Positions 26,257 to 38,977 of a DNA stretch of 64,000 nucleotides are shown here, one piece after another. Every line of letters starts with the position of its first letter. Within the stretch, counting starts at the first letter, position 1. This DNA comes from Amoebophrya sp. A120 (lineage: Eukaryota > Protista > Dinoflagellata), in contig CAJINV010000003.1 in assembly GCA_905178155.1 (NCBI GenBank), positions 7,522,601 to 7,586,600 on the forward strand, given 5' to 3'. Under the pieces are notes generated by a model that had not been told where the DNA came from, ran no database searches, and saw only the letters and a list, made by a program, of their open reading frames with translations. Both the position numbers and the translations under genes were made by a program.

Positions 26257-27213
26257 GGCTGCTTTGACTTTGTTTGCGTTGGTTTCGTGATATTACTTTT
26301 CTACGTGCACCCACCGGAAAAAATCCGTCTGGGCGACCGGATCACTATTCCCTTTCGTCTTTTCCGTATCGGTACAACCGCGTCACAACATGTCAAGAAA
26401 TGAGGCAGTGCAATAAGATGACGACACAATGAAGATGACGATGAATCGAAATCGGTCAAATACGATTCCCACACGACCCCCGACGACACCACTGATTATC
26501 GTCCACCAGTCGAATCGGATTGACGATATCGATTTCTTAGCTTCCGAACCTCATGACGAGTCGTTGCGAACGCGAGACCTATAAACAGCGTAAAAGTGTT
26601 AAGTGAAAAAAGCCCACCGCCCGAGGTTCCTTCATTTGGAATCTACATAGTCGATGCATGTTTCAATTTCTGTACTTACTTCATTGACAAAATTTTCATC
26701 AACTTTAGGTTGACAAAATTTTGGAAACGATACATTTTGACACTTGAGAATTAGCTAACCGATACGTTTAAGTTCCAAAAGGGATTCTATGGAAACTTAA
26801 ATATCAATCACGATCACCATCAAATGAAAGATTCACATGACGAATGAAGATATCAAATTGTATTCTACTCGAACTGTGTCAATCTTGAAAAGAAATCGGA
26901 AACGCTAGTATCACACCGAAACGCTAGTTAGATTAATATCTTCGAGGGGAAAAAATCATAAATACGGGAAAATAAAAATCTCTAGATTTACAAAGTACAA
27001 CTGAATACGAAGCTACAAGTTATTTTTGTATTCACGAAAAGGTAAACAAGAAACGAAAGGTCAGGACTTGAGGCTAATTTGAATTCTCATCGTCAAGTTT
27101 TGGTTAAAATCTTTAGCTGTAAAAAATCCATCCGAGACGGAAATTTTGGATATTGTGATTGCTTTTTCGTCTTCGCTTTCCACCTCAGGAAACGGAAAAG
27201 ACCCACCAGAAAA

Positions 27214-29687
27214 TCACTTGGACTGGGATTTGACATATGTGCCACCGTGCTCCTCGGCAAGCTCCGGACGACCCCTACCGGCCGGAACGGTAGGTCCCTC
27301 GTCAGTCGGCGTCCCTGCGCCCACCGTGTAGTCGGGTTCAACTTGGTCCTTGATGAAGATACAGTTCTTGTGCTTTTTGACGACGGTCCGGTGAAAGTGG
27401 TCACAGAGTGCGGTGAAGCCTTGCAGGTGCGCGTTGACGACGTGTGCGAGCTTCGAAGACTTTTTGTGGAACTGGTACCGGCAGAAGACACTCCGAAACC
27501 GCTGCGTCACCTGGCTCAACAGAGCTGCTTCGTCGTAACTGCTGGTGCTGTCTTGTTCGGATCCGATCGAGTGTTGGTCATCCTTGCTGCCGCTTTCCAC
27601 CTCGGCAACCGTTTTCTGTTTGACGGGCAGCAGATTGATGAAGGCGTACCCACGATTGGTGTTGTTTACCAAATCCTGTGGCAAGTACAAGAAGTCATAG
27701 CAAACCCCCTGCACAAACCTGTTTTGTGAGTTTAGTTGCTTGCGATTGCGGCCTAAGGGCGCGATACAACCAGTGCACTTTTAATACTGACTTGATGAAC
27801 CCGGAAGCTAGCAAAACACTCATTCTTATCTTTCCACGTAATATAAAATGGCAACTACGCAATCCGTAGGAGGCAAAAAGTCTGCATGTGTGCGCGACAC
27901 CAGAAGCAAGTACTTACCCGTGCTCGGTGAGCGCGTCTTCAAGTTCTTGAAAAGTGAGCTTGCAGGGGAGGTGCCGAATCATAAGCGTGGAGATTCGTGG
28001 TTGCGCGGCAGGTCCCGGGGTCGTTCCGCTTCCCGCCAGGTCTGAGATGCCGCTGCCACTTCCACACGGGCTGGACGCCGGAAGGGGAATTTTCTTCCGT
28101 TTCGCTGGTGGTGCGGACGGCAGCGGAGGGACGTAATTGGGCACGGACGCGAACTTCGTACGGATTTGGCCGGGGTGCTGCTGAACTGCTGCTGTTCGGG
28201 CGAGGTGTTGTTGAGCAGGTGGCCTTGCATCATTTTTATACCCGTATTGGTGAGGATGCGCGGCTGTCGCGTCGCGTGATTCAGAGCCATCGAAGCCGGC
28301 GCGACCGTCACAACTCCCTGCAAAAAATTCGTCGGAACTCAAATTAATCGCTGCGTCGTCGTTGCAGATGAAATAAATCTACTTAAATCAGTTACAAAAC
28401 CGGCCGTTCTACGTCAACGTCGAAGATCGTTCGCCTTGATCATCAATATCACCATCAAGGCAAAAGAAAAACCAAAGAGGTCACATTTCCCTATGCATCG
28501 CGCTGTTGCAGCAGCTCTGTGCAGATGCAATACAACTTTTAGTACCTGCCTCTCGTTGCGCTTCGTCGTTTCCGTCGCTGCAATCGACTTCCGGATCACT
28601 TTCCAGGTAGTCAAGCCGCCGCACATGCCGCGGATTTTTCCTCGGCTTCGCGATCTCCCGCTCGCCCTCGTCTGGCGAAGACCGCGACTCAGATTTCCGG
28701 GTCCCGGTTTTCTGACCAGCTCCTCCTGCTGTTTCCAGAAGATCTTCGTCGTCCGGTGAGCACGCAGTTGTTAGAAGATCGGTGGACGAAGCACCGCACG
28801 TAGTGCTGCTGCGCTGGCCCCTAGTACCGTCAAACCCTGTTGCGGCATGCTGCGGGTGCACCACGTGTGCGGGGTTATACCCGTAATACGCACCGGCGGC
28901 TGTAACCCCTTCGTGGTAATTATGGTAGTAGTCCTCGGGGCTTGCGGGCCACATCATGGGCCCTGGGGGGGGACTCATCATCGGCGAGGCTGATGAATTT
29001 ATCGTGCGACATCACATGATTGCCATGAAAATTATTCACAGGAAAAAAAAAGGTGGAGAAAGGTTGCTGCACAAATTACAGCATATAAAATTGCACGACT
29101 TCTTCTAGTTTTTAGGTGCATGTAAGTAAAAGAATTGCTTCCGATATAACATTTACGCATCATGCCGGGCCACATCCCCGGAGGCGGTCCAGCGCGCGGG
29201 TCGTAGCACATATGCGGGTGGTACATTTGCGGCCCGTAGTATCCCAGGTGCGGCGTCGGTACACCGTAGCTGTTGCCGGGTGGCGTCTCGGGGCAGTTGG
29301 GATAAGCGATGTCGGTTGTGGCCTATCCCATAGAAAAAGACATGCAGGGCACAACTAAGTAAAAGTAAGAGAAAAATCTGTCATGCGCTCCCCCATTCGT
29401 TCCCATAGCGTTCTGTTTATCATATTTTGCGTATTTTTGCTCGCGTTACAAATATGCCCTGCCTGCCTTTTTCCGCGGAATATGGACGCCGTCGGGCTCA
29501 TCGGATGAAAGTTATGCACCGGGGGCTGAGCAGCGTACTCCTCCATGGTCAAGGAGGTGCCTTCGTGTGTTGCCGACATCTTGTGCTGCAGAAGTCCACC
29601 CCCCACAGAAGACGTTCCACTACTACACTCGCGTTTGTACTGAAAAGACGAGGGAGAAGACGCTTGGCTTCCAAACACGCCACCCAT
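27214..29687 (-). CDS. Mei2-like RRM (RRM_2) RNA-binding protein, multi-exon; start uncertain
   Basis: 'STLMIRHLPCKLT', 'YDFLYLPQDLVNNTNRGYAFINL' and 'AHLQGFTALCDHF' match the Mei2 C-terminal RRM; Pro/Tyr-rich N-terminus. Confidence 0.8.
29324..29482. mobile_element. Introner/MITE, 159 bp, TIR TATCCCATAGAAAAAG.., TSD TGGCC/TGGAC
   Basis: TIRs match at 21/27 nt; removal with one TSD restores 'MSPTASTTDIAYPNCPETP' in frame. Confidence 0.8.
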
Positions 29688-29914
29688 CGGCGAGCAGCCA
29701 CTGGTACCTTTTTATTTTTTTTAACGTGGGAGTTTATTCCATGTTTCCTTTCTTTTTGTTTCAACTTCCTGGCGCCGCTTCCCTGAGGTACTTTTAAAGC
29801 ACTTAGCAAGTCGTGAGTACTACACATGATCCATGGACACAACTAATTTTGATGTGTCAGCACAGCTGCGGCCTAGCCCTAGACCGAGGTAGCGATCACG
29901 CGAAGCGGCAAAGA

Positions 29915-31037
29915 CTACTCGACTTTACCATCATCCATGCGGCTGTCGTCCGGCTGCGTGCTGCTTTCGACGACGCTATCCGGCAACTTCTCCAGTTCCG
30001 GGGACTCCGCAGTCCGGATCGTAATATCTGCGACATTTTTGTATCGCTTTAATTGGTTCCGTCAAATCAAACAGTGACCTAATCAAGAACAAACGTTGTA
30101 GTTCTTAGACACAAAAAGCACACTTTTTCTTTCTCAGGTTACCTGGGGAAGAGGCGGAGCCCCTGCTCGCACAGCTAGTGCTCGTGGTGGTCCTCGCACG
30201 CCGGTCTTCAGTGAAGCTTCCCTGCTCGAAAGACAGTTCCTCGAGGGTTTCTCGGGGAGTCTCCTCAACCATAGACAAGTCCACCTCGGGCATGAAGACT
30301 GTATTCGACGTGCTCACCTCCTCCTGCATGGGGGTCGTCTCCTCCTCTTCTCGAATGGCACTGTCATCTCCCGGCGCAGTCCCTGAGGACAAGGGAAGAT
30401 GGCTCAAAACGGAGACCTCGTCGGCAGCCGGTGGGTATGTTGGGAGCACAAAAGACACTGCGTCTTGAACGTCGTGTCGGGCAGGAGCTCCTTCGCACTT
30501 GTTCCTCGTCACACCCGATAATCTGGGCGCCGCGCTTGAGGTCGTTCCGCGTTGGCGAGAACGCTGGGCCGCAAGGTGGTTGTCATCGCGCGTGGGGATA
30601 GTCGTTCCGTTTGCGGGCTCTTCCGCCGTCGAATTGTTTGAAGCAGGGACTGCCTTGGGCAAAGCAGTATTCGCACTCGTAGAAGTACCTGCGAAAATGG
30701 TTTTGATTTACCCTGCTTGCTGAGGGAAAAGGTGCAGTACCTAAATGTAATCGGACTCCAGACTTACGCATGGCAAACGGAAACGAGAGCATCTGACAAC
30801 GCATTTATAAGTTGATTATACCAGGCTGCGCCAGAACGGCCGGAAAAAACTGGATGAGAAAAACAACGAACACCGCTACCAGAGCGGGAAAGATATACAC
30901 AAAAAAATACCCATCCCGATCCATTTTTTGCATGACATACACAGGACGTCATGCATGTTTTGCATGACAAACTCGATGGGGGTGAGTATTTTTTGTGGAT
31001 AAAAGGCGACGAAATCGTACAGCAAATCCGCCAACAT
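29915..31037 (-). CDS. Hypothetical secreted/membrane protein; exon 1 interrupted by a 108-bp introner
   Basis: After removing 30894-31001 plus one TSD the frame reads 'MLADLLYDFVAFPALVAVFVVFLIQFFPAVLAQPG|TSTSANTALPKAVP', then GT-AG introns lead to a stop at 29915. Confidence 0.6.
30894..31001. mobile_element. Minimal introner/MITE, 108 bp, TSD AAAGA/AAAGG
   Basis: TIR TATACACAAAAAAATAC / TATCCACAAAAAATAC; internal GCATGACA motifs. Confidence 0.75.
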
Positions 31038-31474
31038 GTTGCAGAAAAAAGAAAAACGCTAGATGTGGGGCGGCCCGAGCTACGATGCCGCTTTCTACTA
31101 CAGGATTTGTACGAAGAAAAAGAAAACTCAGTTCGGCAATGATGCAAACGACGGGGCGACGAACGATTCGTAACTCTGCTCACGGCTTCCTACCGACCTA
31201 GCTACCCGATCAAAGCAAATCACATTCGCTCGTAGACACGACTCTAGCATGCGTACTCGACTGACCTGATATAATTACAACACATCAACGAACACGGAAA
31301 GTCCGCGAGGAAATGACATTCTAGCTCGCGATTTCTTGTTGAGAATTTGAAGGAACACCAGCACAAGGATCAATCTCTGCTACTGCTCTGCAGCGGGGAC
31401 ATTCATCTACACGAAACAACGAGAAAAATTGCTTCATTTGTTGCTGCATTCGTCGTTGCTTGTCACTTTGTCAC

Positions 31475-33016
31475 TTACAGTAATTCAACCCTGTAGTCGA
31501 GCATTTCCCCTGCTCGAAAGGGAACTACGGCATGGTCCTTCCCTAGGATATCGTCGCCGAAAGTATCTGGGACGTAATTGATCTGCTTAAACAGCCGCAT
31601 TTTTGGCCCTTCGTTTTTCGGGAAGCCGAAAAATTCAGCGCCGAAACGGCCGACAAAGTCCGGCAGCAGGTGAAGCCTCTGTGCCTGCGAAAAAATGTCC
31701 GCCAAGTATTGTATGACGAGCCCGCCAGTGAATACACCAGCAGCCGCTACCGCTGCCTCCTTTTTTGACCTCGGGTGCGGCGCACTGTCGCTGCCGAAGA
31801 AAAATTTCGGGTTGCCGCTAAAAACGACCTGCGATCATATTGCCATTGCGGTCAAGTATCAATCTTCACGTTCCATCGCGAAGGCACACGCTCATGTACC
31901 TCCATGCGGTTCGGGCGGGTATCAATATTAAAGAGGAAGCAACGATTCTTTCATCAAGCTTAGCACAGTCACAATACCTCTCTGATTTTGTTTCGATCGT
32001 GTGGTAGCTTCGGAATGGGCTTGCAGAACATGTGGCAGCAGCCAACCACTTGGTCGATGCAGATGTCGAGGTGGTGCGCCGTGACCGTGGCGGCCACGTT
32101 ATCCGGAGGAAAAACGTCCCCAACCCAGAGTCAAAATGATAGGGAATCGACTACACCAGCCTAGACGCTCACTCACTTTTTCGGAGTTGTGCATGACAAG
32201 TTTCCATCCACAGTGTAGTGGTGGTTAGAAAATGAAGGCGCATGAGAGAGCCATATTCTCTTCCTGTTTACAGCATGTTACAAATCCCAAAACACTTTTG
32301 GAAATGCCTCTCATGGAGACGAGATGCACATTACAAATGTTCCAGCTCCTGTCATTCTTGTACATTTGCCTCAACACAACTCTGGGGTGGGGACGTTTCT
32401 CCACACGATACACGTTGGCTGGTAGGCTAAGCACGGTTTCCACTGCATCGCGGGTCGAAACATGCTCCAGCACGATTTTCAGGCGGGGAAACTCCTTGGC
32501 GAGGATCTGAAGCTCGCCTAAAAACATGGCTTCCGCCAGCATGACGCACTCGTTGGGCACTTCCCCGTGCAGGTGCAGCACCATCCCCAGCTCCTCCATC
32601 TTCCGGAACACCGGGTAATACTGTTCGTAACTTTCCACGCCCGCATCGCTATTGGTCGTCACCCCGCGGGGGTAGCTCTTCACACCGGTGACGATCTTCT
32701 TCGCTTCGCCGGTGGTCGAGCACGTCACGACGCAATTAAAGGCCTTTTCGATTTCCTCGGGCGTGAGTTCGGGGCTGAGGTACAGCAAAATTTTATAATC
32801 GATAGAGGGATCGATTTTGCTCAGTTCGTCGTAGTAGTCTAACGCCTTGGCCGTGTTGCTCACCGGCGGGATGGTATTTGGCATTACGATAACGCGCTGC
32901 ACGCCGCTTTGTCGCAACAAGGGCACCACAACCCGACTCATGTCTCCCTGTCGCAAATGCACGTGCCAGTCATCCGCAAGCGGTAGCACTAAATCCTCCG
33001 TCGGTGCTGCGGCCAT
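31475..33016 (-). CDS. pyrC: Dihydroorotase, homodimeric type II (PyrC/URA4-like), 3 exons
   Basis: 'DDWHVHLRQG', 'VMPNT', 'KSYPRGVTTNS', 'HLHGE', 'VLEHVST', 'NVAATVTAHHL' (after introner removal), 'FCKP' and 'FFFGSDSAPH'. Confidence 0.95.
32100..32410. mobile_element. Introner/MITE family B, 311 bp, 5-bp TSD CACGT
   Basis: TIR TATC....GGA.AAACGTCCCCA.CCCAGAGT; CACGT at 32095-32099 and 32411-32415; splits the NV|AATVTAHH motif. Confidence 0.92.
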
Positions 33017-33604
33017 CGCTCTTTTCTAGTATGAATGAAGATGATCAAGACCTCTTTTTGAAGTAAATCAAGAAGGAAGCGATACCCTTTTGCGCTAGCT
33101 ACAGTCTCCTGCGTCTTCTGAGACTGGATCAGCCGAGACCAGCTGTTCGTCGAAATTCTACCGAAAAGAGTTTACACGACACCACAGTCGCACGACTCGG
33201 ATCACGATTCATTTTTTGGGGACAGAACAAGCGTGCTGCCAAGAACTTCACTCAATTTCGATTTTTCTTGGCTCAGAACGCAGGTGTTAGGAGTCAGCCG
33301 ATCTGTGAAAAACCAATTGCTGAAATTCAGCCTACTTATGTCGAGAGAAACACAAACAGTCACTCGAGGCTTGTCGCTTGATTAACTTGGTTTTTGTTAT
33401 CATTTCCTAAAAGGCGACGAACAAAGAAACAACAGGAGGAGGTAGGAGAGGTTCTTGACGTAGTAGTATTTATTCTATCGCGCGTTTAGCACTCAAAAGC
33501 GCTCGCCCACGTTTGGTTGGATCAAACCGAATCTGATAAGTGCGGAGCCACGCCACCCTCGCAGTACGCCCTCAGACGGAGTAAAACACGTCCCTACCTG
33601 CAGC

Positions 33605-34245
33605 GTGGCTGAAACACTACATGTCCTTACGACATATCACCTCCGTTTGTCAAAGAAGTCAAGCCTTGGCCGTGAAGCAAAAGCCGACGATCCGGGGCGC
33701 CCAAACTCCCTCGTCGTCATCTTCGTGCTCAATGAAGGATCGACAACTTCAGGCTTTCAACAGCGCTCCCCAGGCTTGTTGAAGGCCGCGGGGGCAGCCT
33801 TTTCCAATTGCCGGGACGTTTTCCTTCGGGGGGGGTGCGGCTCGTTTACGCCGGGGGATATCCACGGACCCGCGTGCGTTCTTCGATTCAGCTGTACGAG
33901 TCCGCGCGCGAATTCAGCCGCGCGCTGCTCCGGCCGCGGCCCCCCCCCGGGGCCGTGGACTGCACCCCAGTGCGGTAAACCTGGCCGCCCGGCTGTACGC
34001 CGAACCAGCCGTCAATCTGGTCTCCCACAGGCCCCTCGCGCGGAAAGTTTGGAAAGTCAGCCCCCGCCTCTTGAAGTGGCAGGGTTCGCGTTGCCATGGG
34101 GCACGATGGGCTCGCCGTCCTCCCGCTGCTCCGAGTGCCCCAGGTACCCCATGTGCAGGGCCGCTATGGCTTGCGCGTTCTCCGCGGACGCGTCCTTGTC
34201 CGCCGTGATGTCGCACACGGTTCATCAGCTGTACGAGTCCACCGA
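33605..34245 (-). pseudogene. GC-rich degraded coding fragment or TE remnant with a 16-bp direct repeat
   Basis: TCAGCTGTACGAGTCC at 33888-33903 and 34225-34240; coding-like minus-strand segments broken by stops and frameshifts. Confidence 0.35.
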
Positions 34246-34989
34246 AGAGACTATTTTATTTCTTCCAAAACGAACTATATATTATAAGCAACTGTTGTAA
34301 GTACACGTTTCAGATGAGGAGCATTTTTTTTTCTCATTGTCACCGCAGAAGGACAAGCCCCCTGTAAGTAGAGTATCAATCTAATCTTAATCTTATAGCA
34401 AATTGAAAATGCCCCCGTCCGCCGTCGGGATTGGTTCATTTCTAGTGATCGCCATATTTCTTGTGTTTGATTCAACGGCATGAACCTTGGAGAGGAGACG
34501 TGTTGCATCAGGGAATTTTTAGTGCGATAGAATTGATCTTCCCGACACAAAAGAAACCCAACCTCAGCTCATACCTACAACATAGTGCAAAACGCCCAGC
34601 GGGCTGTAACAAGGCTAGCACTAGTGTTTACTCTCTCGTAAGTTCAAAAATATTCAGGCACTCCCAGCACGGAGTGGAAACACGACTACAGTGTTCCTGT
34701 CGTTAGTTCTGATCTTATAGTCACAGTGAAGATCTTTAGGTGTGGTCGCGCCGTTCTGTGTTACTGCGTATTCGTATATGAAAAGCTGATTGGTTTCTGT
34801 TTCTGAAATTTCTGAAGTGTCAAATTGTTAGGCCTTTTGCAAATAGTACATCTCGTCTTTGTGCGATTGCGATTCTCATATCGTCCACATTACTTTTTGT
34901 AGCGTAATGCTGAGTTGTATATTTAATTCACAGCGAAGTTATAATACCTTTCAGCACATCAAAGTGCCGCGGCAAAGCATGCCGCTGCT

Positions 34990-37184
34990 TCACTTCTTTT
35001 CGCTCTGCAACTGGATACCGGCACTCCGCGCGTAATCGCGGTTGTAGGTGGTCATCGACGCCACTTGCCGGGAGCCCTTGTCATTAATGGAGGAAAGCGG
35101 CAGGTGGCCAGTGTAGCCGGGGATATTCAGATGGTACTGTTCAGCGAGGTTGTACCATTTTTCGCGCTCGTTGATTCCGCACTCGATCTTCGCGCAGTGC
35201 GAATTGGCCGTGTTCATCGGAAGGTAACCTGTTGGTTGTTCACTTGCTTTTTTATCATGCAGTTGCATTTCTAATCAATGCAAGATCCCGATCAATGACG
35301 TATGCTTCGTCGGTTCGGTGTCCTTGATGCAGATCCAAAATCAAAATGCAAAGCAACCGTGAAAACCTGAATATGCATGGTACCTTGGTAACCCGGAATG
35401 TGGAATGTTCCTCGCGTTGTGCCGCGCGTCAACTCAGTCTTCAGGGTCACAAACTTGTTGATCGACTCCTTCGGAAGATCTGTGAAAAATTCATTGCATC
35501 CACTTGGGATTTTTCAGATACTGGTGCAAAACAATGGAAACGAGAAGAACGACGCAAATCTTATTCTTACTTACTAAAAAAATACAAGAAATGCCAGCTT
35601 CTCCGCACCGTGATCAATGTCCGACAAAAATATCCGGTTACCTGGCTCGTCTCCCACACGGCCTTCTTTTGCTACGTCTCCGACTTTTGCCATGAGTGTC
35701 TTCTCCAACACGGCGCGCTCGTCTATTACTCGAGTGTGGCCATCTTCCTTCGGTGCGATTCGGCCATCGTAGTTGTAGGACGGAATTACAAGCTTCTCCG
35801 TTGGGATACTTCCTGCCGCACTGTTTTCGTTTTGTCATTGTCGACCTTGGCGCCTTTTTTTCTAGTTCTGAAACGCAATTTGCTCTTGCTGAAATAACCA
35901 GAGAAAACCAATCACGAGATGAATAATACAAGAATATTGAGTACCCATAATCTGCGGCATAGGAACTGGTGTAGGGCTCTTCGGCGAGGCACGTTGGTGG
36001 GTGCGCTACTTGAAATTTTGGTCCTCGGAGGCGCACGTAATTCTTGCACTCTGCCGGGCACTGTTTTCGTTATCGTTTGAAATTGAATACATCATTTCAG
36101 TTTCTCATGCGCTTGTCCAGTAATCTATCTGTAAGCGCTAGCACTCAAAAACAGCACGTAATGCACACAGCCGACATTCAGGAAAAGTGATACCGCATAG
36201 CCGTCCTTGTTGGTTGTCTCCCTGTAAGTCGACGACCATATTGCAGCTCCTGTTCGTGATGGACCACTCGCTCCCCCTGACAGTCCTGCCGTTGCTTCTG
36301 TTGGCGCCTGGAGGTGGAGTGTGTGTCCCGTCGAAAAGCGACATCATTCATCGATTTTATTTTGGAGATATATTTGATGACAGCACACGACATGAGGGCC
36401 GCAGTGGAGTGCGCTTTTCCAATAGCATCAAAGTTGAGCGTCCCAAGGAGAAGGACAGGACGTGAAATAAAGAGAAAACGGTGATCGCTTTTGACCTAGC
36501 TCGTTAAAACCACAAGAAAATTCGTACCTTGCTCAGCGTAGAGCTGAGTTTCTGTTCCCAGTTTGCTTCGAAGGTCGGACCTTTTGGCTTCTCCTCCTCC
36601 TCTCCGGGTTTCTTTTGGTGCACCTGCAGGGTAAATAAGAACATACTTACGAGGTGGAAGACAAAATAAAAGCAGCTGCCAACATAAAGATACAATTCCG
36701 CTTGCGCTTCTCGAGGCGAGCGATAAAATTGTAAAAGTTAAAGTAAGTAAGTACTAGCAAAGCTGCTGGAATAAGCGGCTTCTGTGGGTTGGTGTAGTCC
36801 TTTGACTTGACGGTCTTGTTATACTGGATGTCATACTCATTCCCGTCCTTTAGTTGGTGCTGGATGAAGTTCTTCCTGCATGTGATTTGTTTCAAGTATT
36901 TTCCTGGCCACATGGACATGAACTATGCCATCACGGAAAGCATTTTCAAGCATTGCGAAGTGAACAAGTTAAAAGCGCTTGATTGATGCATCCGTGAAAG
37001 ACGAGAAATACTCTGAGAGCTTGACTTCTGTCGTGTAAAAGCCATCCCTGTCGTAGAGACCTTGCCCGGGTTTTGCGGCGATAACAGGCGCATCTTTCGT
37101 TGAAAGGAATATCCCGTGCTGTGTTACAACCTTCGGGATGTGACTTATGTGGTCCTTCAACTTGATTTGAGCCTCGGTCGCCAT
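34990..37184 (-). CDS. Multi-exon protein with IPGY(T/Q)G motifs, possibly a flagellar microtubule inner protein
   Basis: 'IPGYQG' and 'YHLNIPGYTGHLP' motifs; several short exons with GT-AG junctions. Confidence 0.5.
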
Positions 37185-37952
37185 TCTTGCTGAAACGTTT
37201 CGGCGCGGACGTGCCGCTCGGAGCCTTGTCCCTTATTCAAAAAACGCGCTGCTTTGATGCCGCAGAATAACTATAGCAGCGCTCGCAGCATGATGATAAC
37301 TCTAAATTTTGTTTTTCTGTCGCCATGAACAGTTTTGATTTTCATTTTCGCGAAGATAGTGCCGGGGAAAGCAGGCGGACGCCCACTACTGCTACGGTAG
37401 CAATCCCGATTGACGAGAAATCGAGCGAACGACGACAACAACAAACTCCGCCTCTCAAAATAAGCTCCACCATCCGAATAAGTAACTCTCCTCCTCTCTC
37501 ACGACGTGGTGTCGCCAGTGCCGACACGCTATCGACTGCAACCAAACATCAAAACGATTGGGCAGAAGGTGGAGGATCGCGAAAAATCTATAAAGTACAA
37601 GTTGCACCGGCGTGATAGATCGATGCTTCGTGGGAACAACCAACAGGGCGCCGTACGAGGCAAAACTGCCAAGAAATTGAGGCAATCTTTAGAAGAAGTG
37701 CCACGATTCATACAATGTACCATCACGATCGGCGCGACATGGCCAGCACATGCCAAGGATTGCTGAAGCTGATCTCCGTCGTAAACCAAATGTCTGGAGC
37801 ACAGCGAGACAGAATGGAGGACGAGCCAGCTGTGGAGTCTTTTTGTCTTTATTTACGCACGACCCTGTTCGTCCGGTTCTGCCGTTCTGCATCGATTCCT
37901 CTCGACCAGTACGCAGGCGTACGACCACCCCAGTGATGAACCTAGAGATCAT

Positions 37953-38977
37953 TTACGCAGGCGCGGCTAGCTTTGCGCAGAGGCGATCGACCTTGGTCTG
38001 CACACTGAAGTCCAGGACGGATTCGCCCATCTTCACGACGATTCCACCGAGAATGCTGCTGTTCGTCGTGTACGAAACTATAAGCTCGCGTCCACTCTCC
38101 CGCTTGCGCAACATCGCTTCGACCTGAGTGGAAAAAGGTTTCTGGGGCGTCACCAAAGCACTGGGCGGGCAACATGTTTTTACAACATGATGTTGTCCAG
38201 CACGCAACAAGAACACGGAAGCTACTGTTCGACAACTGCAAACATACATATCTGTACGCGTTCTCTGTCTTTGGGTTGCAGGTCTTTCACCGTGGTGACT
38301 TGGCACAAAAGCTGGTTTTTCTCCGCTCGGTAAAACACCTCATAATTGTCGATCATCCGCTTGAGGTCCGCGAGCCGGCGGTTTTCCAGAAGCGTTTTCA
38401 GGTAGTTCATGGTTATTGCATCGTAGCCGTATTTCTCGCTCATGGCCTGAAACACCTCCTGCTTCTTTGCGGGCTGGATGGCGGGACTCTCTACGAAGAG
38501 CGCAAAGTCCTTGCTCTCCTCGTAGCACGATCGGACGTGAGAAAGATCCGTGAACACCTGGGATGTGATTTATTTCCTGCCTCAGGGTTGTAGCGAAGTG
38601 ATAGATAGGCTCAGGCTGTTCCTTGTCGTTGTCAACACCTGCACGACTAGTACCGAAACAAAACTGGTGCAGTTTCACGAGACAGAGCAACCTTTGATGC
38701 AACATATGGAAATCCAAAGAATTTGCTTGAATCAGAAGGACGAGTCGCAGAAGGCGCAACTACAACGGTGCTGTGCGATGGATACCTTGTCTAAGACATT
38801 CTTCTTCTTCGAGGCGTCCAGTAGCGCGCCGGAATACCTTCCCGCCAACGACAAGTCCTCATGCTTCCGAGCTTCAGAAGCGAAACAGCGCCTTGCAGTG
38901 GCGGCCGCAGAAGAATGGGAAGCTCTGTTTTGCGTAGCTAGCTGACCGCCCGCACGACAAACAAGACGCCCAAACAT
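37953..38977 (-). CDS. ATP5PO: Mitochondrial ATP synthase subunit OSCP (delta), 3 exons
   Basis: Transit-like N-terminus, 'LAGRYSGALLDAS', 'NYLKTLLENRRL' and 'NSSILGGIVVKMGESVLDFSVQTKV'. Confidence 0.92.

Noticed and set aside
25087-26403. Long plus-strand ORFs (also 20277-21188, 56797-57684, 62564-63415)
   Set aside because: Antisense shadows of GC-rich minus-strand genes.
26680-26930. Short direct repeats (TTGACAAAATTTT x2, GAAACGCTAGT x2) in AT-rich spacer
   Set aside because: Two copies each in low-complexity DNA; not enough to call an element.
34196-34230. Minus-strand CTGATGA plus hairpin as a hammerhead
   Set aside because: Followed by GGAC rather than GAAA; no stems I or III.
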